This document shows positions 52,901 through 64,000 of a DNA stretch of 64,000 nt, piece after piece. The notes under the pieces were generated by a model, which did no database searches, had not been told where the DNA came from, and was given only the letters and a program-made list of their open reading frames with translations. The stretch lies in NCBI RefSeq assembly GCF_008831285.2, contig NC_045138.2, forward strand, positions 43,710,001-43,774,000. The letters are read 5' to 3'. The DNA is from Nymphaea colorata (taxonomy: Eukaryota). Position 1 is the stretch's first letter. The number at the start of each line of letters is the position of its first letter. The translations under genes and the position numbers were made by a program.

Positions 52901-54535
52901 GAAGTTAACTCCGAAGTAGGCTGGTTGGCAGGAATTCTTGGCAGAGTTTGATTTCGCTCTGGAGTACAAGGTTGGAAAGACCAACGTGGTAGCGGATGCG
53001 TTGAGTAGAAAGACAAAACTTGCAGCCTCTGGGGCGGGGACCTCCGAAGCACAGTTGGAGGGTGCGCTCCTCGAGCAGGTTCGTGAAGGGATGCGGCAAG
53101 ACTCAGCGGCCCAACACTTGGTTGCCTTGGCTGAAGCGGGGAAGACTCGGAGATTCTAGCTGCGAGATGGATTGCTCCTCACCAAGGGCGGATGAGTTTT
53201 CGTGCCGAAGTGGGGCAATCTCCGAAGGGAGCTAACAAAGGAGTGCCATGATACGCTTTGGGCTGGCCATCCAGGCCAGGAGCGGACTCTGGGCCTTCTT
53301 GAACGTGGCTACTATTGGCCTCAGATGCGTGATGATGTGGAGGCATATGTAAAGACTTGCCTCATCTGCCAGTAGGACAAAGGGACTAATCAGAAGCCTG
53401 CCGGCCTGCTCGAGCCTCTTCCTATTCCGGAACGTCCGTGGGAAAGCATCTCCATGGACTTCATTGTGAGTTTACCCCGAGTTGATGGCTACAGCTCTAT
53501 CTTTGTTGTTGTCGACAGGTTTTCTAAGTATGTCACGTTCATCCCAACTACAAAGGAGAGTCCAGCGGAGAAGACGGCGGAGATGTTTGTGAAGAACATT
53601 GTTAAGAACTGGGGTGTGCCGAAGAGTATTGTGAGTGATCGCGATGCTCGCTTCACGGGCAAGTTTTGGCGTGAAGTGTTTCGGTTGCTAGGCTCAGACT
53701 TGCTGTTTTCCACAAGCTTCCACCCTCAGACTGATGGCCAGACCGAACGCATCAATGCTTTGTTGGAACAGTACCTGCGTCACTTTGTCAGCGCCAACTA
53801 GAAGAACTGGGTAAAGCTGCTCGATGTGACTCAATTCTGTTACAACTTGCAGAAGAGTGAGTCTTCAGGCCACAGCCCCTTCGAAGTAGCCACCGGGCAG
53901 TAGCCGTTGATGCCTCACACAGTTGCAGCCCAAGAGAAGGGAAGACCCAGCTTCGCCTACCAGTTTGTCAAAGACTGGCAGGAACAGACGGAGATTGCTA
54001 AGGAGTTCTTGCACAAGGCCGCCAAGAAGATGAAGAAGTGGGCTGACAAGAATCGGAGACCTACCGAGTTTCGAGTGGGAGACCAAGTTCTTGTCAAGCT
54101 TTACTCAGACCGTTCGGGCATCTTCCGTGGGCGACACCGAGCATTGATCAGAAAGTATGAAGGGCCATTCACTGTGGACAAAGAATTGGGAAGCTGGCAT
54201 ACAAATTAGATTTGTCGCCAGACTTCAAGGTGCATTTAGTGTTTCATGTCTGCAACCTCAAGCCCTTCTATGTCGATACTGAAGACCCGGAGAGAAGCCA
54301 GCCCCGGAGAGAACCGATTTTGCAGCGCGCTCCCTCTACCCGGCGTGCCAGTGACCGTCAGTTGGACCAAATACTTCGACACAAAGTGAACTATCTTGGT
54401 GAACCGAAGCGATACTTGGTCAAGTGGGTAGATGATGATCAGCCAACGTGGGAGTATGCCTTCCGCTTCAAGCGAAGTCATCCAGAAGAAGTCCAGACCT
54501 ACCATGAAGCTGTTAGCGCCGAGGCCGACACTTGA
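49977..54535 (+). pseudogene. Gag-PR-RT-RH-IN-chromodomain polyprotein with 10 in-frame stops and one late frameshift
   Basis: PAKYSGSRDAK gag, [34 protein letters not shown] RNaseH, IVSDRD/QTDGQTE integrase, YEGPF, and RYLVKW..PTWE chromodomain. All segments share one frame until ~54182. Confidence 0.95.
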
Positions 54536-54551
54536 TTTGAAGGGGGGAGCC

Positions 54552-54971
54552 TGTTCCCCTGCGTCTAGAGTATATACAGTCTTTTGCTTTTGCTGTATTT
54601 GCTTTGCTTATGTTGAGTCTTGGTGTAAGCTAGTTTGTTCACATATGTCGGAGTACCCTCCCAAAACGGCTCCCTAAGTGTGATATTGGGATTCCTTGTT
54701 TTAGATGGTCGACATCGGGAATTCTGTAAGCGGCTTCGGCCATCCTTGTAAGTAAAGTGTAATAGCTTACTTGCTTTCCCTCGTGATGTACTCTTCTCTC
54801 TGAAGTGAAATATATTGCGAGTTTTCTTTCCACACTCTTTGTGCAAATTTGTGTCCTTTGTTTTCGAGAAAGCGTTCAAGTGATCTGCGGCCACTTGAAT
54901 GAGGTGAAGGCTTGTGGCTTACTGGCGAGAGTTTGCCGCGCCGCACGGTCCGGAGTTGTCGGCCCGTGACA
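54552..54971 (+). repeat. 3' LTR
   Basis: Direct repeat of 49461-49880. Confidence 0.97.
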
Positions 54972-55378
54972 GAGAGAGAGCTTCGATAAAGAAAATTTGT
55001 GACAATACCTTGAACATTATATGCATGAATATGTATGAACTATGAAAAAATTTAGTGTTTTTAAACAATATCATGAGTTAGTTGCTTTAAGAAAAAAACT
55101 TATTGTTAATTGTTAGGTGTGTGTATATATATATGTGCGCGTGTGTACTTTCTTATTTTTATTTCCTTTTGTAGTTGCTATGGGGTAATCCTTCTTCTGT
55201 TCATCTTGGTTTTCATTGCTCAGTCACTTGCAGCCAATCTTGGATTATTAACATGTAAGTGCTTTGTTGCTTCTTAGTCACTAAACAATAAGATATTGAT
55301 ATCTCAGTGACCAGAAGGTGTTCATGTAATGTGACTGCTTGGAATGTGCCTGAATACATCTAGCAAAGCATTTTAGAC

Positions 55379-56285
55379 CTGTGTCACCTGGGTGCGTTTT
55401 CTTTGAGCTCGCACCCGCACCGACGCAATGCGGGTGCGGGTTCGGGTGCGGGTGCGCTCCAGGTGTGCACCCAATCAGCACCCGATGAAGAACCCGCACC
55501 CAAACCGCACCCGGGGGAGAAAGGGACGATTTGGGGGAAAGGGAGAGGGAGAGCAAAGGAGGAAGAGAGGTGAGGATGGGAGGAAAGGGGGAAACGGATG
55601 GGAGAGGGAGGAAGGGAGGTGACGACGGGAGGAAAGGGGGAAACTGATGGGAGAGGGAGGAAGGGAGGTGACGACGGGAGGAAAGGGGGAAACTGATGGG
55701 AGAGGGAGGAAGGGAGGTGAGGACGAGAGGAAAGGGGGAAACGGATGGGAGAGGGAGGAAGAGAGGTGAGGACGGGAGGAAGACCTAGCGCCGCCGTGCT
55801 GCACCGCCGCCACCGCCACTGCTCCTTCCTCTTCTTCTCTGTGTCGATGCTCACTTGTGGAATGTGAGATTGAGAGGGCAAGGAAGAGGGAGATAGAGAT
55901 TAGAGAGGAAGACGAGGAAGAGGAAGACGAGGAAGGGGAACCGGTCTGGCGAGTGATATAGTTCGGGCCTGGATTTGGATTTTGATCTAATTTAACTTAC
56001 CCAAGACCAAAACTGTTATAAAATAACCCTCCTTACTGAACGCTTCGCCCCCTTCCTCCGACCCGAAACCTAACCTCCTTATTAAGAAAGAAAGGAATGG
56101 GAAAAATTGTAATTTTGATTTTGATATTTAATAATTTTATGGTTTAGAGATAATTTTGTCATATATATTATTATTATATATTAATAATTATAATAATAAA
56201 TAGTCTTCCCGCACCGCCGCACCTAAATTTTTTAAGATGTGCCGCGCCGGCACCGGCACCCGCACCCCGCACTCCGGTGACTTAG
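55379..56285. mobile_element. Non-autonomous hAT-type element (MITE) with 8-bp TSD
   Basis: TSD TTTTAGAC at 55371-55378 and 56286-56293; imperfect TIRs CTGTGTCACCTGGGTGCG / CGCACTCCGGTGACTTAG; GCACCC subterminal repeats. Confidence 0.9.
55558..55782 (+). repeat. 49-bp G-rich tandem repeat (~4.5 copies) inside the MITE
   Basis: AGGAAAGGGG recurs at 55581, 55630, 55679 and 55728. Confidence 0.9.
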
Positions 56286-59114
56286 TTTTAGACTATAATA
56301 CCCCAAATACTTGCTTTTGAATACTCGATGAGGCTGAGGCTGCTGTTGTGAGAATTGACATAGGAAAAGTTTGAACAAAAACAAGGGGATATAACAATGC
56401 AAAACCTGTGCCTCTATCATTGTCTCTATCTTTATCGCACATGCATGTATTTATTGTTATTTGAATAATTAAAGAAAAACTGCATTTATGTAACATAAGC
56501 CGTTTTGTGAGTGTAATTTCATGGGCAAATAATTGAATTTGGACAAAGTTTATCTTGAATGTAGGTTCTTTCAATGACCATTTTGCCCTTTGGTTTTTAT
56601 AAATTACAAAAAATGCCTTTTTATTGTTTTTTGAATTAACATGCAATTATACCGTAAAAAATATAATTGATATTTGGTTCTAGAACATATTCTTAACAAA
56701 CAGCCTCTTTGTTAACAAATTTTGGCACTTTGATCCTCTACTTTAGGCGAAATACTTAATGTTGTCTTGAAAAATACAGTTTGCATATAGAAGGGCATTT
56801 TTGTCATGTTACTTATTTCCTTCATGTTTTTTGACATGTATATTAGTTAGTATATCTGCAACAACTACTATGTGCAGATAGTTAAGCCTCATCGACATCT
56901 TACATCAAATACTTAAGATAATGTATCTCATTCATCAATAGTGATATGTTTTGTCTATCTTAACACATGGAAAATCGGTCCATTCTTTCTCAGGTGACAA
57001 CTTATCTCAAATAAGTTATAAAAGAAAACTTATCTCAAACAAATTCCACCATTACCTAGAAATTAGTTCATGGTATAAGTAGGGTAAGAATTAATTTGTC
57101 TGCTTATTTATTTAAATTTATTTTCAAGTAGACTAAAAACTAACTTTGTTCGAACCAATTCCACTTCGAGCATGACATGGTTCCATAGTTGAAGTCCTCA
57201 ATTTCAGACCTAACTTTATGCGCAAAAAAGGTACACTAAATAGTTCATAGTTTAAGCCCTCAATTTCAGAGGTGGAACTGAAACAAGACACGTTAGTAGT
57301 GTCCATCCTCGCTTAGCCGATTTATCTCTGCATGGACGTCGCCGTGCATTTGACGCAGCTACATGATTTCATTTTTCAAGTCAATCTTTTGCTGTTTTAT
57401 GCTTTTTAACAGCCGTGTCATGCATTGAAAATATGGAGTTAGAAAGAAGTTTTCGTAAATTTGTTTTAGAAATTGAATAAATGGAAACAAAATCAAGAAT
57501 TCCAAAACCTCAATGTGTTTGTTGTGCTTGAGTTTATGTGTAGGAAATAAATTTCTCAGTGCCATAACAATAAAAAAAAAAGAAAAAAGAAAAATAGTTG
57601 GATTAAGCATTGCTTGAGAATCCAACTAAAGTTTTTCACCCCTTGAGATGAAAAAAAAAATTAGAAAAAACTTTCTGAAAAAAAGAAAAATTTTCAAAAA
57701 TTTGAATTTTATTTAGGGGCCCAAAGTGTTGAAAGACAATAATGTAATTTTACACCCTCTTTTAAGTGCAAGAAAAAGATAAAATTGGTATTACCGTTTT
57801 CAATATTTGTGAAAGATACTGTTTTACCTTATCGTTGTCCCTCTCCCTTTGTCTACAATATCATACATTTTTTTTGGGGTTTCCTGGTAAGCTTATGTAA
57901 TTAAGGGTCAGTTTGATGGGTTGGAAATTTTCTGTACTACAGAAACCATTTTTTAAATTTTCAAAATTTTTCCTCCTTAACTAACGCAGAATTTTTTTTG
58001 GAATGTTGAAGCTGGAAACGAAAATATATTTATGAAAAAAAATTTCCAGCCAAAGAGGTGAAAAACATTTTGCAGATTTTTTTTTTTAACCGTTAGGAGG
58101 AATAAGGGATGTAGAAGAAGAAGGGAAAGAAGGAGGAGGAGGAAGGGAGGCGGAAGAAGAAGGGCAGGAGGGAGGAGGAAGAAGGGAGGCGGAAGAAAAA
58201 GGGAATGATGGAAAAGGAAGGCGGAGGAAGAAGGGAGGTGCTCAAGAGCAACAGCAGGAGCAGGGATGACTCGCATATTTTTACAAAATTAGTTCGGCCT
58301 CTGATTAAGCTGAAATTTGGTCTTGAGCTTGCTAAGATGTTAGGGATTGGACGCCCAGAAGATCAGCTTCAAATGAGCTTCACACAGGAATCGTGCTCAG
58401 CCTGATCAAACACTGTCTCGCAGTGAAAAATGCTTGTCGCAGGGGTTCAGGCAGTAGACAGGAGTTATCCTTACTCACAGATTTTTTAAAAATCACAGAC
58501 AGCTCCGATTTGCCTGAACATTTGACATTAAGTCGACAACAAACTGAGGAGTGGACACTCCAAATTTCACATCAAACGGAGCTACACAAGAAAATCGCGT
58601 TGAGATCCAAAATCACTAATGCGCGGGGGTAGTTCCTGAAGCAGAGTGGCATAGTTCAGCTTTTGCGCCGCCGCAATGGCCGGAATTTCTTCCGAAGCTG
58701 ATTCCGACACTTTCATATTGCTCTCAAACTTGGTTAGAATCTTCTTCTGCTCTGGGCAATCCTTCTACGATCAATCCTCCTTCGATTCACCTCTTTGTCA
58801 ATTGATCATCGATATTCAATATCATGAATGATGATCAGACCCTCGATCAAGCCTAGGAGTCATCCCTGCTTCCCTTCTTCCTCAGCCTCTCTTTTTCCTC
58901 CCTGTTTTCTTTTTCCTCTAAACATGAAAAAATATATTTTTTTATCAAACTAAAAAAAGTAAGTTTCTCATCAAAAATTTTCTCATTCTATTTTTTTTTA
59001 AAATATATTTTTAAAAATATATTTTCAATTCCATATTTCCAACCTAAAGTCAAAACCATAACCATCGTATGACTTCTAGTCCACCATACTGCTGCTTCAT
59101 GTTATTCTTGGGAC

Positions 59115-59706
59115 TAGGCCTGGGCGTCGGGCCGGGCCGGCCCGGCCCTGCCCGGTTGGGCCCGGGCCCGATAACCCGACCCGATAACCAAACCGGGCCG
59201 GGCCCGGGCGGGAAGGGCGGCCCGGCCCGACTCCCACCCTCGGGCGGCCTCCGCCCTCCGCTCGCTCCCCTGACCCCTCCCTCTCTCTTCCCGTCTTCGT
59301 CTCCCTCTCCCTCTCCCTTTTCCCTCTCTGCCTGGCCCGCTCGCTCCCCTCCCTATCTGCTCCCTCTCGGCCTCCGTCCTCCGCAGCTCCGCTCGCTCCC
59401 CTCCCTCTCCGCCTCCGTCCCCCGCAGCCCCGCTCCGCTCCCACACGGCCTCCGTCCCCCGCAGCTCGCTCCTCTCCCTCTCCGCCTCCGTCCCCCCGCA
59501 GCCCCGCTCCGTCTCCCTCTCCGCTCGGCTCCCCTTCCCGTCTCTCGTCTCCCTCTCCGTGGCGGGCTGGGCCGGGCCTGACTTTTGGTGGCCAGGCCCG
59601 GTACCCGGCCCGGCAATATTATGGGGCCGGGCCCGGGCTTGGGCTTCAGGCCCGGGCCGGGTCTTAGCGGGCCGGGCCGGCCCGGCCTGACGCGATGCCC
59701 ACCCTA
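59115..59706. mobile_element. GC-rich hAT-type MITE just upstream of the helicase gene
   Basis: TIRs TAGGCCTGGGCGTCG / CGATGCCCACCCTA; GGGCC/GGCCC subterminal arrays; imperfect TSD (TTGGGAC / ATGGGAC). Confidence 0.8.
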
Positions 59707-59850
59707 ATGGGACCCGCGCGTGGAGGGCCGTAGATGGATTCTCCTTGAATCCCTCTCGATTGAATTTCGGTTGATCGTGGCGAAACATGTAACAAGCGTC
59801 GCATCGAAGCGGGCGAATAGCCGCTATACATTTTTGTCGGAGCGTAACGC

Positions 59851-60087
59851 ATGACCGTCTGCCGAAGGCCGTTCCCTGCTCTAATATCCATCACCGTCGG
59901 AAAGAGTAGCGTCCGGCGAGTGGCAGCCATGTCAGCAAACCCTAGATCCTTCAGGGGCGGCAGAAGAAGCAGCGAGGGCGGAAGAAGGGGCGGTGGTAGC
60001 GGTGGTCGAGGGGGACGCGGCAGCGGCGAGCAGAGATGGTGGGATCCTGTTTGGAGAGCGGAGAGACTGAAACAAATGAACGGGGAG
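59851..60087 (+). CDS. DExH1: DExH-box ATP-dependent RNA helicase (DExH1/DHX36-like), exon 1
   Basis: RG-rich N-terminus followed by GEQRWWDPVWRAERL, as in Arabidopsis DExH1. Donor GAG|GTA at 60087/60088. Alternative ATG at 59929. Confidence 0.9.
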
Positions 60088-60649
60088 GTATTTCTTCTTA
60101 TTTCTCTAGCTTTATCTTTGTCTCTTCCGTTCCGAAGACTGGGTTTCCGGATGTTGGAGGAATAAATGTGTGTGGCCTTTCTTGCTTCTGTGCTTGCTTT
60201 TACTGAATGAAGGGAAGAAAACGGAAGGCTGGTTTATGTGTTCGCATTTGTTGCTGTGTAACTAGTATGAGGAGCCGCCGAAGAACTGGCCTTAGGGTTG
60301 ATGCCCCAGGATGATCAGTTAACAGTGAACAGCATAGTGATTTTCTTCATACTTTTCGAGACGTTCTTCTGTTTTTTGAGTTCACGATGAGGAAAAGGAA
60401 TATTTTCTGGTCGTTGGATTCTAATCGGAATCTTAAGGAACTCTATATTTGGGCATGCTGTGTATTATTTTCTTTGTAAGATAGTATGAATCACTATGAG
60501 TGCTTCCGCCTTAGGAGAAATTTAAGATTAAAGCGTGCTGTTGACATAGTTTTTTTAACAGCGACTAAGTCTTTTGAACTCTTAGAGCATGAATAGATAG
60601 TGTTTATTTCGAATGGAAGGCGATATGTTATGCTTTTATAATTTTTCAG

Positions 60650-60795
60650 GTCGAAAATCTGAATGAGAACGAGTGGTGGACTAAGATGGAGCAACTGAAA
60701 CTGGGAGGAGAGAAGGAAATAATCGCAAAACGAAACTATGGGCGTGAAGGACAGCGTACACTTGAACAGATGGCTCAAAAGCTTGGTCTTTACTT
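60650..60795 (+). CDS. DExH1: DExH1-like helicase, exon 2
   Basis: TTTCAG| acceptor; reads VENLNENEWWTKMEQLKLGGEKEIIAKRNYGREGQRTLEQMAQKLGLY(F); donor TT|GTAAG. The next exon (HAYNKG...) is not found in the window. Confidence 0.92.
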
Positions 60796-62346
60796 GTAAG
60801 AAGGACGAGTCGTACTATTTGTTTTATTCATTTTCTTTGTTATTTGCATCATGATTGCCTTGTGCAGGAGGTAATGATGCATTTGAACGTTCATTTCAAA
60901 GAGTATGTTCCTCAACGACCCTTTAGCTCGTTACTAATATTTTATAAGTTTACCTGCACAGTAATAATATCTGTTAATCTGGCACTAATATTTGGAATTG
61001 CAAACAGCTGTCAACAAATTTGTTGTTTTCAATCCATGTGAAGTTGTTGCAATTTGGTTAAATGATGTTTCTTTTCTGGCTCTCCTAGTTACAAAATCTT
61101 GATTCCTTTACCTTTTTTTTTTTGGCTATAGTGGTTTATCCTTGTGATTTGTGTCTAGAGCATAACTGGGCTTCTTGTGCCGTAAGTGACATGGTCCTCC
61201 TCCTCCTTTTTTCTCCTCTTTTGCTCTTTATTCTTTCTCTCTATTTCTCTATCTACTTTCTTTCTCCGTGGGGCTAGTTGGCAAACCCTCCCCAAGAATC
61301 CCAACATGAAGAAGAAGCATCCAGATTTTAGGGTACTATGGAGGGTGAAGAGAGAGAGAAGGAACATCCACATGTCACAAACCATTAGTATTTGTTCCTA
61401 ATTGCCTGCATAAGGCAGGTGTATATACACGCTTGCCACCAAGGGGGGTCAAAGGACCATGTGATTGTGTTCAAATATGGACCTAGTCAAGTGCAAGTTT
61501 GACACTTTGAGATCATATTTTGGCACAATCTTCTATTAAAATTTTCATGTCAAATTTGGCTCAATGTGATTGATAAAGTCCGTAGCTGAACATGGAAATG
61601 CCAATGCCAGGCTTGATTGTATCTAAGATAATGCTCTACTGCGGTTGGTTTGGAGTGTGTAACATACATGCTTCTTCCTCCATCTAATTCCAAATGACCT
61701 AAAATTTGAAAGCCAACTCCTTGACATATAAAACATATCAATAATGGGTTTTTGGCACTAAAAATATAGATAAATGCATGTTTTTAAAGATAGAAAACAT
61801 AATGTATTTCATGCATCATCACAATGTGTTAGCTGCACCCTCCATAAACCCTGCCCAACAGAGACTCAGAGGAAAACAAAAGACCAGACACACAAATTAA
61901 GGTAAGTTTCACCAGCCCAACGAGGGATGATTTCATTAATCAAAAGATCGATGCCCAACAATTCGTAATTTCAGCATATATATGTGAAGCATAGGATATG
62001 GGTTGACCCACAAGTGGACCCGATGGGAAGGTCTTATTACAATTGCACCTTAGAGTGGTTTACTAAAAGGTGCTCTAAAGTTTCGCTATTTCCTACAACT
62101 AACACAATGTTTCAAACAAAAAAAAAACAACTGTGGTGGATGAAATAACAAAGGTTTCAGACCTACATGGCCACCAATCAATTTGAGATCCTAGAATTTA
62201 GTGGGAATTACTAATAAAGGAAGCAATTAGGTGGACAATTCCAACAAAGTTGTGGATGCCATGTAAGAGGAGGATGAAGTTGATGATCTCAAAATGATAG
62301 CACATTCAATGCTCAATGCTCTTAAGGTTGCAGTAAAGGCTATGTC

Positions 62347-64000
62347 TGTCACACCCCGACCTTTTGACACTCAAACATTTTTTTTTTTTTTAAACATAAA
62401 ACATCGAGGTGCGACTACTCAACAATTCAAAAATGAAGGAGCCATGCCATTCAAAACAATGGGGCGAACTTTCATTTATGTAATCATTTCCATTCATACA
62501 AAATCACATCTATGTATGACAAAAATGCTCCAAACTGTATAATTGATGCCTAACAAAAACAAGACATCAATAAAACCAAAATAAGATGCGCCGACACTAC
62601 AAAAGACACATCCCAAAACCTCCCCAGTAGGACGTGAGTGAACCCATCTGCTCAACCTGCTGCCCCTGGTCCACCAAACCTGAAAAAGAAAACAACTGAA
62701 GGCTTAGCCTTCGTAGTATGGCAACAAGCCAGGACAATACCAAACCCTTTTAGGTAGGGCTCAAATAAAAGAACAAACACTAAGATCATCTATCATCATG
62801 TCGTATCAGGGCACGACACGTAAAAGCCACTCAATGGCCACAGTAACTAACTTTCAAATCACATGCAAGACATGCTTAAACATTTCACTTGCATTTGTAA
62901 GCACAACGATCACATGCATCTCAATCACGTACAATCAATCATATACAATACATTTTCATTAACTTCAGTGTATTAACAGTTCCTGTGGGTGCAACACAGG
63001 CACGTGCACACCGCGGGCGGCCTACAGCAGAGAGACAACCCCCGTGGTGGCCCAGAACAATATGGATTCATTTCATTCGCTACAGCGGTAGAGCACTCGT
63101 CCATGACTGTGTGAAGTCCAAGGAGAGATACTCAGCCTTCCCTAGGATACCCAGGTTGGAAAGGCGGGAGCCCAACGTTCCAAGCACAACACACAACAGA
63201 ACTCTGGGGCCTTGCACCGCCTGCGCTCCGAACAGGCGAGACCAATGGCAAAAGCGGGACGTCTCCCAAACACATAGCTACATCCCACTGGCCTCTCATC
63301 TCTTATTCATTCATTCTTATCATTAGATTAACACATTCACAAACTGACTGACTAGCTCATGAGGTTGGTGCACTTCACGAGTGCACCTACACCTCCAATT
63401 GCCTCCACACGAGGTCTACACATAACAATAACAGTCATAGCTAGCCATCATACAATACGGATATGACTACCCTCCAATTCCATTATTTGCATCATTGCCC
63501 GCAGCAATGTGTATGCAACAGAATAAAACATTCACATCATTCATCATATCAATCACATCTTCAAAAAACTTAGCCAAACCACAGAGAGTAGTCTCGATCT
63601 GTGATTGGCTCGTAGCTGTCCTATGCAATTACCATTCTAGGATGCTTTCTAATGCACAATTGGGGTCGAGGAGACACTCGACTCGATACCCCGCCTCATC
63701 TGTCCTAAACAGTTATCAATTCTAGCATGCACATGCAAATGCGTAACATTTTCAAAACAAACTTCTCATAGTCTTTCCAAAACAATTCATATCATATATC
63801 AAAACATCTACATGCATACCCACATTCATTCAATAAACAGTCAATCAATTGCATCACAATCCTAGGATCTCACGACCCTAGGAACACACATTCATACATT
63901 TGCCCCAGGCAGAGATTTGCCTGTAATGCTGCCATACCTGTGGCGTGCTCACAAACTCTTCAAAATGCCTTGAGCTTCGAAACTAGTCACTTGTGTACCT
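62347..64000 (-). mobile_element. Gypsy (Tekay-like) LTR inside helicase intron 2; runs off the right edge
   Basis: TGTCACACCCCG terminus at 62347; homologous to 3940-4880. Confidence 0.75.

Larger units (their letters stand above)
49461..54971 (+). mobile_element. Full-length Ty3/Gypsy chromovirus (Galadriel-like), inactivated
   Basis: 420-bp LTRs at 49461-49880 and 54552-54971 (TG..CA, about 18 mismatches by hand count); PBS 49883-49894; PPT GAAGGGGGGAG before the 3' LTR; GAGAG on both flanks. Confidence 0.97.

Noticed and set aside
57905..59047. Possible Tourist/PIF-like element starting TAA-GGGTCAGTTTG, with short ORFs at 58.2-58.8 kb
   Set aside because: No matching right TIR or TSD and no recognisable protein, so it cannot be supported.
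59069..59788. Overlapping Pro/Gly/Arg-rich ORFs (also 55281-55881)
   Set aside because: Artefacts of GC-rich MITE repeats.

Overview
This is plant (angiosperm) nuclear DNA, mostly a stack of nested and decayed transposons, with only two recognisable host genes. The first is a 5'-truncated CHS/STS-superfamily type III polyketide synthase on the minus strand: exon 2 is intact at 11053-12050, but only 37 nt of exon 1 survive. The second is the first two exons of a DExH1/DHX36-like RNA helicase on the plus strand (59851-60795; the gene continues past the window). The transposons are four Ty1/copia pieces, three of them arranged as a fold-back at 34.8-39.2 kb; a full-length but dead Galadriel-type chromovirus (49461-54971) plus a deleted relative; a decayed Ogre/Tat element carrying a plant mobile domain and a G-patch; Tekay-like LTRs; remnants of PIF/Harbinger, CACTA and two hAT transposases; and two hAT-type MITEs. 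I found no convincing new biological system. The best leads are the non-CHS active-site signature of the PKS, a conserved structured U5 motif shared by four diverged Ogre-like LTRs, and the copia fold-back. All calls are by eye, and the boundaries of decayed elements are approximate.
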